Source: Octopus vulgaris
Taxonomy: Eukaryota
Reading direction: 5' to 3'
Length of the DNA: 64,000 nucleotides
NCBI GenBank assembly: GCA_951406725.2
Contig: OX597835.1
Location: 40,796,001 to 40,860,000, forward strand
The notes under the pieces were generated by a model. It had not been told where the DNA came from and made no database searches. It saw only the letters and a list, made by a program, of their open reading frames with translations. The translations under genes and the position numbers were made by a program. Below, one piece after another: positions 39,504 through 53,726 of the stretch (within the stretch, counting starts at the first letter, position 1; each line of letters begins with the position of its first letter).

Positions 39504-39732
39504 TTAACCCTTTCGCTACCAACCTGGCTGAAACTGGCTCTGGCTCCTGAGTACAAATGTCTTGTTTTCATAAGTTCTGAATTAAAATCTTCCACCAAAC
39601 CTTAGTCACAATTTATGTTCCTAACACTAGCTTAATGATAACTAAGTTATTTTACTAAATTCTTTGTTATATTTTAAATAATTGAAAGAAACACAGAACA
39701 TCTCAAAATAAATACAGTAATGAAAGGGTTAA
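39504..39732 (+). mobile_element. piggyBac-like MITE (TTAA TSD, CCCTTTC termini); partial copy at 39262-39408
   Basis: TTAA-CCCTTTCGCTAC ... GTAATGAAAGGG-TTAA. Confidence 0.75.
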
Positions 39733-40375
39733 TAAGTGTAATAATAATAATAATCCTTTCTGCTGTAGGCACAAAGCCTGAAATTTTTAGGGGTAACCTC
39801 GTATTTGTTTATAAGACGACTGCTTGAGACTCCAAAATTTTTGACTAACGCCAGTATAATAGTGTAATACAGAATGCTGTGTGACTTTTACCTGAGAATG
39901 TACCTTAAGAGTGTAAAAATATGAAACAAAGCCAGGTAGACCTATAGGCCGACTTGTGACCAAATCGACTTACAACCAGTGAGTTGGAACCAATTGTGGT
40001 CGTAAGGCATGTGTATTATTACAACTAGGTACAGGCATAGCTGTGTGGTTAAGAAGCTTGTGGGGTCACTGTGCAGCACCTTGCACACCCAAAGCCTTAT
40101 AAGTGGGTATATATGGCATATAGCTGGCTTTCTACACCAGAGCTACCTGCTCTGGCTGAAGGAATTGGAATTTAAGTTTTGGATTTATCTGAGCACTACA
40201 TGGTGACTGTATATACCAGTGGTTCCCAAAGTGGGCGATATTGCCTCCCATGGAGGGGGTGGAAATTTCCGAGGGATTGTTGAAGAAAAGTGGGGGTGAT
40301 AATGGGGGAGCAATTCATGTAAGAAGTGGAGCAATACATACATAAATATACACATGCATATACACACACATATAT

Positions 40376-40601
40376 TCTTTTATTTGTTTCAGTCATTTGA
40401 CTGCAGCCATGCTGGAGCACTGCCTTTAATCAAGCAAATCGAGCCCAGGACTTATTCTTTGTAAGCCTAGTACTTGTTCTATCGACCCCTTTTACCAAAG
40501 CACTAAGTTCTGGGGATGTAAACACCCCAGCATCGGTTGTCAAGCGATGTTGGGGGGACAGACACAGACGCACAAACATATACATACAAACATGCATATG
40601 C

Positions 40602-40655
<54 letters not shown>

Positions 40656-40840
40656 ATATATACATATATATATATATATATACATATATGGGGTTCTTTC
40701 AGTTTCCGTCTACCAAATCCACTCACAAGCTTTGGTCAGCCCAAGGCTATAGTAGAAGACACTTGCCCAAGGTTCCATGCAGTGGGACCGAACCCAGAAC
40801 CATGTGGTTGGTAAGCAAGCTACTTACCACACAGCCACTC
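40376..40840 (-). mobile_element. SINE family A, full length
   Basis: Family similarity. Confidence 0.85.
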
Positions 40841-41090
40841 CTATGCCTACAGGTTACTATCCAGAAACCCGGGTCTGTGTGTATCATGTAAGGCTAGAGA
40901 TGGGAATGATGAGTTCTCTTCGCAAATACTAATCGGACACAGACAGTTGTTGTTAGCCAGTTGGAAGAGATGTCTTCTTGGGGCATCATCCCCTATGGAT
41001 CTCCAACAATTTGGTGGTAAATATACTTCACGATTCCGTGCTGCTATTGTTTATTTCTTGCTCAGACATATATATATATATATATATATA

Positions 41091-41476
41091 CTCTTTTACT
41101 TGTTTCAGTCATTTGACTGTGGCCATGCTGGAGCATTGCCTTTGGTCGAGCAAATCGACCCCAAGACTTATTCTTTGTAAGCCCAGTACTTATTCTATCG
41201 GTCTCTTTTGCCGAACTACTAAGTGACAGGGACATAAACACACCAGCACCGGTTGTCAAGCAATGCTAGAGGGACAAGCACAGACACACACACACACATA
41301 TGTATATATACATATATACGACTGGCTTCTTTCAGTTTCCGTCTACCAAATTCACTCACAAGGCTTTGGTCGGCCTGAGGCTATAGCAGAAGACACTTGC
41401 CCAAGATGCCACGCAGTAGGACTGAACCCGGAACCATGTGGTTGGTTAGCAAGCTACTTACCACACAGCCACTCCT
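41091..41476 (-). mobile_element. SINE family A, full length
   Basis: Family similarity. Confidence 0.85.
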
Positions 41477-41486
41477 GATATATAAA

Positions 41487-41516
41487 AATGCCTAAAATCC
41501 ATAAACCAGTAAAAGA

Positions 41517-41566
<50 letters not shown>

Positions 41567-41596
41567 TCTTTTACTGGTTTATGGATTTTAGGCATT
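41487..41596. repeat. Perfect 110-bp palindrome centred on (AT)21
   Basis: The 34-bp arms are exact reverse complements. Confidence 0.95.
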
Positions 41597-42685
41597 GAAT
41601 GCAGTTGGGCTGGGAATTATCTCTAAAGGTTTACTAACCCAAATCTATACTACTACGTATTTCAATCTGGTGCTTATTTGATCAATTTATATTTATTGAT
41701 CTGCTAAGTTACAGGATATAAAGAAATGTAACACACACACACACACTGCAGATGTGTGTGTGTATAGAAACAACAGGCTTCCACACATTATCCACCTACC
41801 AATTTCCACTCACAGCCTGAGATTAGAGAAGACATTTGCCCAAGATTCTATTCAGAGGAATATATTGAAATATTGTACTTTACCTTCTGGCTTCACAGAC
41901 CCCAGTAGAACCGTCCAACCCATGCTAGCATGGAAAACAGACGCTAAACGACGATGATGATGATGATGACATCATGTATCTAGTATTCTTTTACCCCATT
42001 TATAAACTGCACATGTGTGTATGTGTCTTTGTGATATTTGATAGTTTATAAAGTGCACTTTTTCCCCAAAAATGTCCCAGAAGATTGTCTTTTAACCTTT
42101 TATCTGTTTGTCTTATTTATCCATGCTTGTTCCCAGACATCTTAGTTCACCCTTATTTCAAACATTCTCACTCTCGGAGTGGTTGGCGTTAGGAAGGGCA
42201 TCCAGCTGTAGAAACTCTGCCAGATCAAGATTGGAGCCTGGTGCAGCCATCTGGCTCGCCAGCCCTCAGTCAAAATCGTCCAACCCATGCTAGCCTGGAA
42301 AGCGGACGTTAAACGATTATGATGATGATGATGATGATGATGTGTGATATCAAGCTTTCCTTTCATAAGTCCCAAGTTGAAAAGCAAAAATTGGGAATCT
42401 GTATCAGAAATGATACATGAAGTGTATGCCTGAGAAATATGTCCTATGTATGACATGTGATACCAGCAGGACGCGTAAAGGGTTAACCCTTTAGGGTTCA
42501 GATTATTCTATCAAATGTAATTCTCATTAATTCACGTTGTTTTGAATTAACCAAGCATTATCTTGTTGCTTTGAGATTTTGAAGATGTGATTGTTTATTT
42601 TTAGAATGACATTGTAGGATAAGTGTGAGAGGCTGGATCTGGCCGGTTGGAACATAAAACATGTAGAATAATTTGGTCAGATATC

Positions 42686-42875
42686 TCTTTTACTCTTTTA
42701 CTTGTTTCAGTCATGTAACTGTGGCCATGCTGGAGCACCGCCTTTAGTCGAGCAAATTGACCCCAAGACTTATTCTTTGTAAGCCTAGTACTTATTCTAT
42801 CGATCTCTTTTGCCGAACCACTACAGCATTGATTGTCAGGCGATGTTGGGGGGACAAACACAGACACACAAACAT

Positions 42876-42906
<31 letters not shown>

Positions 42907-43062
42907 CGATGGGCTTCTTTTAGTTTCCGTCTACCAAATCCACTCACAACGCTTTGGTCAGCCCAAGGCTATAGTAGAAGACACTTGGCCAAGGTGCCAC
43001 ACAGTGGGACTGAACCCGGAACTATGTGGTTCGTAAGCAAGCTACTTACCACACAGCCACTC
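42686..43062 (-). mobile_element. SINE family A
   Basis: Family similarity. Confidence 0.85.
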
Positions 43063-43489
43063 TTACGCCCATATGACCAGTTTAAATGTTAAAGTTGTTA
43101 AAAACAAGGTTGGTGCCTGGGTCACTAGCAAGCGTATATGTTTTGTGTGGGAGGGTGATACTTTACGGTGATCCCTAAAATGAATTGCGAACATAAACCT
43201 TTGAATGTAGCAATGTATATCAATAGGTAAGGTGGAACAAACATGGGAGATGCTTTGCCCCATGGAGAAGCTGCAGAAGCTAGACAGAAGTTTTGCAAAC
43301 TTTTCTAAATCCATCATGTTGCCAGAAATATTTTTGTATCATCAGCAGGTATCTCAGGGTCACAAGAGTTTCTTTCGCCCTTTAGCCTGTACACTTCACC
43401 TGACCGGGGTGGCGAGGATGGAACTAGTCTTCACCAATGGAAGGATTCCATTTGCAATCTCTTATCAATTATAACCACCGTGAGTTAGT

Positions 43490-43800
43490 TCCAGTTGCCT
43501 GTCTCTTTGATGGGTTTCTTCAGTTGTCTGGGCTCCAGGCCTGTCTTCTCTAGGAAATAGCAAACTGATCTAGCTGGAAATCCATGGCAACCGGTTTCAA
43601 TGGAAAATGAAGCTGCATGTTATCCCTTGACAAGAGCCTCATCAACTAAGTTTCGATATTTGTTTTCTTTACTTGGTGGGAAATATCAAATCTGCCCTCC
43701 CAGAGTACTGTGAGTTTGACCATGATGATTATTTTTGTGCTCCTGGAGAGCAGGAACATGTCTGGCAAGAGTGATGTTATTAGTATCTCCTTTTTTATTT
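43490..43800 (-). mobile_element. HERO/NeSL-like LINE restriction-like endonuclease fragment
   Basis: TSLLPDM...IIIMVKLTVLWE...H..K/KYRNL...IETGCHGF..S...L matches the RPD...ELTVPWE...KY...EVGCRGF pattern. Confidence 0.7.
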
Positions 43801-43843
43801 CATATAAAATAGCCATTTTATATGAGGGTGTTTTATATGGGGT

Positions 43844-44115
43844 GGAGGTGCGTGGCTTAGTGGTTAGGGTGTCAGCATCATGATTGTAAGATTGTGGTTT
43901 CGATTCCAGGACTGGCCGACGTGTTGTGTTCTTGAGCAAAACACTTCATTTCACGTTGCTCCAGTCCACTCAGCTGGCAAAAATGAGTTACGCTGCGATG
44001 GACTGGCGTCCCGTCCAGCTGGGAAACACATACACCATTGAAACCGGGGAAACCGGGCCCATGAGCCTGGCTAGGCTTTAAAAGGGCGCATTTATTATTA
44101 TTATTATTATTATTT
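43844..44115 (+). mobile_element. tRNA-derived SINE family E (CORE-like plus V-like)
   Basis: A box TGGCTTAGTGG, B box GGTTTCGATTCC; related copies at 36337, 58486 and 59657. Confidence 0.75.
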
Positions 44116-44742
44116 TATATGGGGGTGCTAGATTCCCTTGTTTGAAAATATAAGGACACAGATCGTGTTGTATAGCCAGCTGGAGATGATGTCTCCTGGG
44201 GCTAAATTACAGCAACATTCGTCCTAAACCAGGACTGCCATGTTATGTTGGCAAAAATCTTTACTCCAAAATGCTCATTGTTTGAAACCAAAGTTCATAA
44301 AGGTAGGTTACTTTCATAAAACATTTAACAGAGCAATGTCTGTCTGACCTTCTTCATGAAACAGTTTTCTTAACTTGAATTGGAAAACACACAAGTTATG
44401 AAACGCAATTCACGATTATGAATTTTAGGTTACTGTTAACCCAACATAATAGAATACAAAGAAGCCAGTCGTGTCTACACAATGGCTTTATAAGTTACAA
44501 GAAAAAAAAAACATTTGGTGGACTTTAACCTGGATGTTTCAGTTTATGAATCTATCAAAAATAATGGAGAATAGTAGCAACAGCAAAGGCTTCCAGGAAT
44601 AGAATTGAGTGAAAAACTTTGTGTTTATTTCTAATCAAGTCTTCCATACAATAATGTCAGACATTAATCACTTCGAAAGTCATAAGGAAAGGAAGACCAA
44701 AGACAAACTAAATAAAATTAGGAAGATTTTGCCATAAATATA

Positions 44743-45157
44743 TATTTCTTTACTACCCACAAGGGGCTAAACACAGAGGGGACAAACAAGGACAGACATA
44801 GGTATTAAGTCGATTACATCGACCCCAGTGTGTAACTGGTACTTATTTAATCGACCCAGAAAGGATGAAAGGCAAAGTCGGCCTCGGCGGAATTTCAACT
44901 CAGAACGTAGCGGCAGACGAAATACCTATTTCTTTATTACCCACAAGGGGCTAAACACAGAGGGGACAAACAAGGACAGACATAGGTATTAAGTCGATTA
45001 TATCGACCCCAGTGCGTAACTGGTACTTATTTAATCGACCCAGAAAGGATGAAAGGCAAAGTCGGCCTCGGCGGAATTTGAACTCAGAACATAGCGGCAG
45101 GCGAAATACCGCTAAGCATTTCGCCCGGCGTGCTAACGGTTCTGCCAGCTCACCGCC
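44743..45157 (-). mobile_element. SINE family B dimer (one head, two bodies) with 16-bp TSD
   Basis: TTTTGCCATAAATATA at 44727-44742 and 45158-45173. Confidence 0.9.
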
Positions 45158-45212
45158 TTTTGCCATAAATATAGCAATGGGCAATTAGCAAGCTATATTA
45201 TCTCTATCTCTA

Positions 45213-45587
45213 TCTCTATATATATAAACGGCAAAATGTCTGTCTGTGTGTGAGTGTATAACCTTTATACAAATCCACAATTTTTCAGTTAGAGGGCTCG
45301 GACTTTCTAGGGTCATTCAAAACCGTCCAAGGGTGGTTGTGCACATCTTTACATTTCCACAGTCACCCTGCAAAGCCATTAAAAAATCAATAGAAGTGAC
45401 TTTTTTGTGAATTTTCTATCCAAAACCCAATCAAAATGCCCGAAACTTGATCCGCCAATTGAATGTCAGCTAGCTGTATGTGACTGGTCGGAGATTTGGA
45501 CAGTACTCGCGTGTATGTGCACATGCACGCAGCTGTATATGCATGCACTAGCACTATGACCTGGCGTTGCCGAGTCATAGTGCGAGT
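45213..45587 (+). mobile_element. Helitron-like non-autonomous element
   Basis: TC..TATATATAAA start, GTCT/GT repeat, terminal hairpin GCACTATGAC...GTCATAGTGC, degenerate CTAG end (CGAG). Confidence 0.55.
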
Positions 45588-46172
45588 ACAATATAATATT
45601 GACAAATAACTTACTTTTTATATGATGTTTAATCAAAACTTAAGTAACTTTAACTGTATATAATATTCCATCAAGATTCTCCTTCACTTTTTTACTCATA
45701 CAAAGAAGGAATGCATTTACATTCTTAAAATTTCACCTCACAGCTAAAGATTTCTAAATATTTAAATGTATTTCAGTCATGCACACTATGTTAGGCATAA
45801 GGCATATATTGCCTAATTTATGATAAGCTGTCAAAAGCACTAATATGCAAATTAAGTTATCCACTATGGTAATAGCTTAATTTCTGACTGCTTTTTTATA
45901 GTTGGTGGACATTCTATAATATCAGGCTGGGTGAGGAAATCAAATATTTCTCCTCAGAAAAGTGGTCGATAAACTGTGAAATGGTCCTTCAGGAGTCCTT
46001 ACCTTTTTTTTTTTTTGTGCAGCATGAGTAAAAATAGAATATGTTTACATTCTTATAATTTCATCTCACAGCTAAAGCCCTTTTTTTTTTCGCACAGCAA
46101 GAGTAAAGATAGAATACGTTTACATTCTTATAATTTCATCTCACAGCTAAAGCATTCTAATATTTAAAATTC

Positions 46173-46222
<50 letters not shown>

Positions 46223-46640
46223 ATACATGCACACATATATAAAATTCATAAATGTTTATATACATACACACACATATATAAGTAAAGGCACATGGCCTAT
46301 TGGTTAGAGTGTTTCACTCCCAATCACTACAGTGTCCCTCCCAGTGCTTGAACCCTGATCCACAAAACACCTTCAACCAACCTCCACCACCTCCAAAGCC
46401 AACCCGGCGGTCTTCTGCCTACTGGCTCCTCTGATGCCAATCATGTTGTAAGTTCTGCAGAGGGACTGGCCTGCAAAGCCTCAGCTTCCCACTTAAATGG
46501 GATCCCACCTTGCTTAGCAGCCACTGCTTTGACATCTCTCCACCATCTCAGCATATTTCCACCTCTTACACCCAATGCAGTCTTCCCAGGGAGGATGACT
46601 TGATGCTTCCAAGATCAGCACCATATATATATATATATAT

Positions 46641-46782
46641 CCTTGTTTTTTCTGTGTCCCTTTCTGTAGAAGAGCGTAGGCTCGAAACGTAAATGACTTT
46701 TTCTATTCCTGAGCGTTATACTAATACACCTGTTTGTTTTGTACACCACCTGTCTTCGTCTTTTGTTTTTTTCGTAAACTCT

Positions 46783-46785
<3 letters not shown>
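46641..46785 (+). mobile_element. Short Penelope-derived repeat with hammerhead-like motif, inside (TA)n
   Basis: CTGTAGA-A-GAGC(GTAG)GCTC-GAAAC-GTA at 46664-46691. Confidence 0.55.
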
Positions 46786-46822
<37 letters not shown>

Positions 46823-47945
46823 CGTTTGTAGAAATACTTAAACCCAGAGGAGAAACACACTCTAAGATGCAGAGCAGTTAATATTACAGTGGAGTAAGAC
46901 AGTTTATGGGGTTGCTCCATAAACCAGCCTACCCCACTATTATATTTTTGTTGTTTTTTGTATCGTCTATCTGGATGTTTTGTTGTCCCTTTTTTGTATC
47001 ACCTAGTTGTCCGGATGTTTTGCGTTCTTGTCCCATTTTGTATTTTATATATATATATATATTAAAATGGCAGGCAGATGTGACAGAGATGTAAATATAA
47101 GTTTATAAGTTTTAAGATTGAAAACAAGGAAACACAGACGAGGCAATTGCAGAGAATGAAAGCTGTAGAGAATGAACAACATTTTTTAAAATAAAAATAT
47201 ATTAAAGTTGGAATTTCAAGATTTCTTTATCGTTTTAGATCAGTTCAAATGGATGTTTAGAGTTTTGGCTACACACACACACACACATGCATACACACTG
47301 TTTGGTAATTGATTTGAACAACAATAATTCAAGGCTCAAGAGTAATTTAGTATTGCTGATGACAAGGGGACCACTCTAGTGCTGGAGCCATGAAAAATAC
47401 AGCCAGTACATTCTGTAAAGCGGTTATTGTTAGGAATAACACTACCCCTAAAAATCATGCCAAAAATGAGATATTAGAAGACAGCGTGTTCCTCCAATAA
47501 TCTTGTTGAAGGGTTCTACCCATGTCACACTGGGGGAAATGCTTAACGGCATTTTGTCCTGTCTTTACGTTCTGAGTTCAAATTCCGCCAAGGTCGACTT
47601 TGACTTTCATTTTTTCAGGGTCTTACCAGTGAAATACTGGAGTCAATGTAATCGATTAGTCCCCTCCCCCAAAATTTCAGGCCTTGTGCCTACAGTGGAA
47701 AGAATTTTTAGAGCAGGAGAGACACAAACTGAAACCCCAACCATATATTCTTTCGGTATTTGTACGTCTACCACATCCACTCCGGAGTGGACTGTGCATT
47801 CTATCTTTGCATCATGCTTGACTTAAGTACCAACAGTATACAGGTTGGCTGTGGGGTTAAGAAGCTTGCTTCCCAACTATGAGGTCAACGGTTCAGTCCT
47901 ATTGTGTAGCGTCTTGGGTGTCTTCTACTATAGCTTTGCACTGAC

Positions 47946-48328
47946 CAAAGCCTTGTGAGTTGGTTTGTTTGCATCCCCGTAAATTAGCGACTCGGTAGAA
48001 AGGGACCGATAGAATAAGTACCATGCTTTAAAAATAAGTATTGGGGTCAATTTGTTGAATTAAAAACCTTCAAAGCCTTGTGAGTTGGTTTGTTTGTATC
48101 CCCGTAAATTAGCGACTCGGTAGAAAGGGATCGATAGAATAAGTACCAGGCTTTAAAGATAAGTATTGGGGTCAATTTGTTGAATTAAAAACCTTCAAAG
48201 CCTTGTTAGTTGGTTTGTTTGCATCCCCGTAAATTAGCGACTCGGCAGAAAGGGATCGATAGAATAAGTACCAGGCTTTAAAAATAATAAGTACTGGGGT
48301 CGATTTGTTGAATTAAAAACCTTCAAAA
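47946..48328 (+). repeat. Triplicated 125-bp segment inside a family A-like SINE
   Basis: CAAAGCCTTGT starts at 47946, 48071 and 48196. Confidence 0.85.
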
Positions 48329-48649
48329 CTGTGCCCCAGCATGGCCACAATCCAATGACAAACCAGTAAAAGGAGAAAAATACGGTAAAAGATATAAGCG
48401 AAACCTTGTGGCATAAATATGTGGTACCCGTACAAGAGTTAGAAACCATGACAGGCAGCAACACCATTACCATCTTCATCATTATCATCGTAACCCAATG
48501 CAGCATTATGTTATGTTCTTCAGCAAAATATCTCTTTTTTTTCTTCTGGGCTTCATGCCAATTCCTCACACAAAACCAATACTGCTTATTTCGGTTTTTG
48601 GCCACCCTTTGAAACGGCTTCACTAATAACAAGCACCACTTTGCAAATA

Positions 48650-49836
48650 CTGGTTAATGCTTACTTTTACACCCGGCCACCAAAACAAACAAAATAAGGA
48701 AACAAGTGTAATAGGTGTGAAAAAAAAAATATTCGGATCTTTTCGGTTTGAACGGCAGTTTTTTCTAGCGGGCTCATATGAAATTGTTACCCATAATTAT
48801 GACCTTAGTATCGATCTATTGCATTTCAATCTATTTTAAGGTTAGGGTTAGTTAGGGTTAGGGTTAGGGGTGAGGGAAGGGTATCTTTTTTTTCTTCACA
48901 AATGTAAATAAACCCAATCTGTTTCTTAAACCCAATCTGTTTCTTAAACGAGGGACATATTCATACGGCACAGAATGTTTTTTTTACCTCAATAGACGTC
49001 AGTGATTGGTTGAAATTGCAGAAATTGAAGAAAAAAATAACAACAAATATCTTACAAACTATAGAATTTTATCAATAAATCCAAGAGAAAAAGATGTTTT
49101 ATAAACACATTCTACCAGCATAAGAAGTTTAAAATTTTTTAGTTACCTAGAAATTATGTTAAAAACTGCCGTTCAAACCGAAAAGATCCAAAAAATGTGT
49201 ATTAAACGAATATGAAAACAAAAATTTGCGCCAACGAACCGGGGTGAAGAGAGGACTTTCGGAAAATTCACAAGATCCGATTTTTCCCCTCATAAATTTT
49301 AGGAAAAAGGATAACTTTTAATGAAATTTCATACAAATACCATTCAAATGGCATAGATTACGATTACAAAGAAATTTGTGGGGAAAACTTTTTTCCGAGG
49401 GGTGGAGAGAAGACTTTGGAAGAGAAAGAAATTCATAATGTATTTTTTTTTGCTTGAGTGTAATGGAAAGAAGTTTGAAATTCCTTTATTTTTCGTTGAT
49501 CAAAAGGTTTTTTAAAAGATCCCAACAGTGGAGATGTGCTAAAAAAAAAAAAACCCCCAGCTAAATCGCCCTTAATTTTTTGTCCTTGGTGAAAACATAG
49601 TCAAAACAAATATTTATGAATTTGTTTCTCTCACCATGATACATTTTCCTAAAAGTTACGAGGGAAAAATCGGATCTTGTGAATTTTCCGAAAGTCCTCT
49701 CCCCACCCACCCCCGGCTCATTGGCGCGTTTGTTTTGTTTCGTTTTTCGTTTAATACAAATTTTAAATACCTATTACACTTGTTTTTTTTTTTCTTTTGT
49801 TTTGGTGGCCGGGTGTTAAAGTAAACGTTAACCCAG
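48650..49836. mobile_element. Long-TIR foldback element with a MITE nested in its left arm
   Basis: 48650-48720 plus 49190-49310 are the inverted match of 49645-49836. Confidence 0.8.
48735..49189 (+). mobile_element. GGATC-TIR MITE, full length, with TTAGGG tract
   Basis: Both TIRs intact. Confidence 0.9.
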
Positions 49837-50629
49837 ATAACTTATTTGAATAAAACATAAATAAAAGCATAATTGAAGTTGTTCCCACAGCGAGCTTCCT
49901 GTACTCTTTATATATCTAACAGTACACAGAACCATCTAAAGGCTCAGACGCACTAGGCAGCAACCTGGGAGTTTCACGAGTTGAAGGGGTCCAATTATGA
50001 TCTATGTATAGATACTATAGGACCCAGGGGCCTTTAATGCTGCCACGATAGCCTTGACACTACATAGTCCAATGTTTTCTTTAAAAACAAAAGGAAAAGA
50101 AAAAAGCAGGGTGTGATCTGAAAACGATTTAGGTCGAACTATTTACGTCGAATCATTCTGCGTGGTTCGAGAAATTATAGATTTGGTGGCACAATCATTA
50201 GAGTCGGAACCAAGATACAATGCTTGCGGCATTTAAGCGACGGTACTTTCCGTTCTAAGACCAAATGGTGGCAGTCAAGTATTGGGGTCGATTTAATATG
50301 CATGTAAGGAATCATAGATATGGATGGAATTATAATGAATTATAATAAGAGGCCATCATGGGTTCGGACTGTGTCAGTGGGAGAAACTCATGATAAAGCG
50401 AATCTGCGGCCGAGGTTTCAATTCCCGGATTGAGCTATCTTAGCTTCATTTATGTTGCATACATTAATTACTCACAGATACGGGAGTATGGGAGTGAAAT
50501 TTGCATGGGGGTTCAAAACATTTTCATTTCCCCCGAAAATTTTAGCGGGTGCAAGCGCACCCCACTGACCCTGCTGTTACCGAGTCTATGATACGTCTAT
50601 GTATGCGAGTATGTATGTATGTATGGACG

Positions 50630-50893
50630 GACGGAAACTGAAAGAAGCCCGTCGTATATATGTATACATGTGTGTGTGTGTGTGTGTGTCTGTGTTTGTC
50701 CCCCCTCCCACCCAACATCGCTTGACAATCGATGCTGGTGTGTTTACATCCCCGTAACTTAGCGGTTCGGCAAAAGCGACCGATAGAATAAGTACTAGGC
50801 TTACAAAGAATAAGTCCTGGAGTCGATTTGCTCGACTAAAGTCGGTGCTCCAGCATGGCCATAGTCAAATGACTGAAACAAGTAAAAGAGTAA
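50630..50893 (+). mobile_element. SINE family A, 5' truncated
   Basis: Family similarity. Confidence 0.8.
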
Positions 50894-51584
50894 GTATGTA
50901 TATATATATGTCTGCATGTGTGTGTGTGTGTGTATATAAAATGGTAATTAGCCATTTATGGGCGTCCGCCTGTATGTAGCAAAAACACTTGTTATACAAC
51001 ATAAATAACAACAGTGTTGTCATTTAGAACCACGCCGACCCTCATCGAACAGATACACGATCGATTATGTTCTAATAGTGATATAACGCACAGGCTTTGG
51101 GTCAGACTCGAACACGTAGATCAATAATCGAAATGAAACACTCGTGGCAAAGTGTACATATGTTGTGGTTTAGCTTCAGGTCAGATTTGATCAAACATCG
51201 CCCAATTGATATCATCTTGTCCTTTAAAATTTGTCTTTAGGTTTGTATTATTCAATGTGGTTTTCGTGGTTTTCAAATGGTAAAGCGCAATTTGAAGGGG
51301 TCTCGGTGCCAGTTGATGCTGTTATTTCTAACCAATTCGTCACACCAACGTGGAGGTATTTAATTACCGCTGTAAGCAGCAGAAAATGTAGTAACCTACT
51401 AAGACTACATGTGTTGTGACATACATCTGATGCACGGGCTTACTATATACATTTATACACGCATTTGTGTGTGTATACGTGTGTGTGTTCAGACATTCAC
51501 TTATGAACATCGCAGCTACATAATAAACCAATTAATATATATACATACATCACAACATGTGCGTGTGTGTGTGTGTGTGTGTGT

Positions 51585-51855
<271 letters not shown>

Positions 51856-52667
51856 GTACATATTAGAGATCGAGACGATATGCTACAAGGTATAATATAT
51901 ACAAGCGCCCACACAAACTGTGACAGATGGAGAAAACTGGTGTACAGCATGTCATGATGGTGCTCCTTCGAATTCGTGGGCACTTGAGGCCCCATTACTA
52001 CACAAACATATATATATACATATGTATATATATATACAGACATTATATACATGTGTGTGTGTATTCTAGGCAAATATTATTTCTACATGTGTCTATATAA
52101 CATACACATATAACGTCTGTAACGCTCTACATTTAGTCGACGGAATCTCAACATGGTCACAGAGTCTGTCAAAAATAACAACATTTCCCGCAAATCACAT
52201 CCCTACTATTTTAAATAGGATTAGTCTGGCTACTATCGTCCTACATAGCCAAGAATGTAAGAAGATAGAATGTTTACGGCTAGAATGTCATAGATCGTAA
52301 GATCACTCGTTCAGTGCCGACCTGGGTCTAAAAACATGTTCTTAATTCAGCTAACAAGAAAATCTCTATATGGGTGTTCGAACTAAAATAGCACACAAAA
52401 TCACCTTATATTATTACATCTTACACTGTTAGATATACTGTATCTGATAAAATAAGTAAATAAAAGGCGGCTGATTATAAATGAAACGTTTCTGATCATA
52501 AGTCCACTGGTATCGCGGTTGGCCTAGAGTTAAACAACACCACGTTCTCTAGAACATACGTCTACATGATATATATCTGTATATCTGTGTTTGATAAACA
52601 TCTGCTGGGTCTTGTGTTATACATGCCGTGTATGTGAACGTGTATAAATATAAACCTGTGTATATAC

Positions 52668-52708
<41 letters not shown>

Positions 52709-52883
52709 TATACGTGATCAATGTCTATCTCTCTGTGTACCTCAATAATTACAAGTTTATATATATATATAATATAGATCTCTGTATAAACATTATGTAA
52801 CTAATATAATCTTAATCAAAACACACACTAACAGATATATTATATATACACACATATTTGTGGAACTCATCTATGTGTGTGTG

Positions 52884-52930
<47 letters not shown>

Positions 52931-53726
52931 CACACGTTCACATGATTTATGTTATATAACAAAAGTGCAGACCTACTTTAATAAGACTAAAAATGCAGAC
53001 GGGACAAATCAACAAGACATATTTATACGTGTAACAGTTGATCTTTTACATATGTAAGAGATCTTTAATAGGAATAATCTGTAACTTAAAACGAAAGGTC
53101 GCACATTTTAGGGAAGAAAATGATATGATCGGTGCTTGTTTTACCGATCTCGGTGGAATGAAAGGCAAAATTAACCCCAACAAGATTTCAATTAAATACC
53201 AGAATGTATTTATATGAAATTCAACGATTTCCACCCTAATAATTGGCAATATTAATAGCAATAATGTTTCATGACGCAAGAACAAGGCCTTACATTTTGG
53301 TAAGGAATTGATGCTGTGTATTTAATTAGCACCGCAGGTACTAATTGACAGGTACTCGTTTTATCAACCCCTCCCAGAGAGATGAAAGGTTACAGAAGCA
53401 GAGAGGATTTTAATAAATACGAGATATATTCGTCCGACGTACAAGATTCCACACCCACCCATTAAATAGTAGCAATATTGTTGATACAATGATATCAATA
53501 AGTTATAGTAGTAATAATCAACAATGATGATAATTTACCGCGGGAGCAAAGAGACAGAAAATAGTAGAAGGGCTTTACACAGAACCGGGGGATGGGATGC
53601 AAGGAAAAAACGGACGTTTTTAGTAATAATAATTAAAAGAAGAATTAAGTCAATCAATCAAATCAAGTTAAAAGATCTATAATTGTAAGTAATTGAAAGA
53701 AGAATAAAGACATTTTCAATATTTAC

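Larger units (their letters stand above)
37925..40010. mobile_element. Tigger/pogo-like DNA transposon remnant with nested repeats
   Basis: GACTTACGAC-type terminal/subterminal motifs at 37925-37980 and 39945-40007. Confidence 0.45.
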
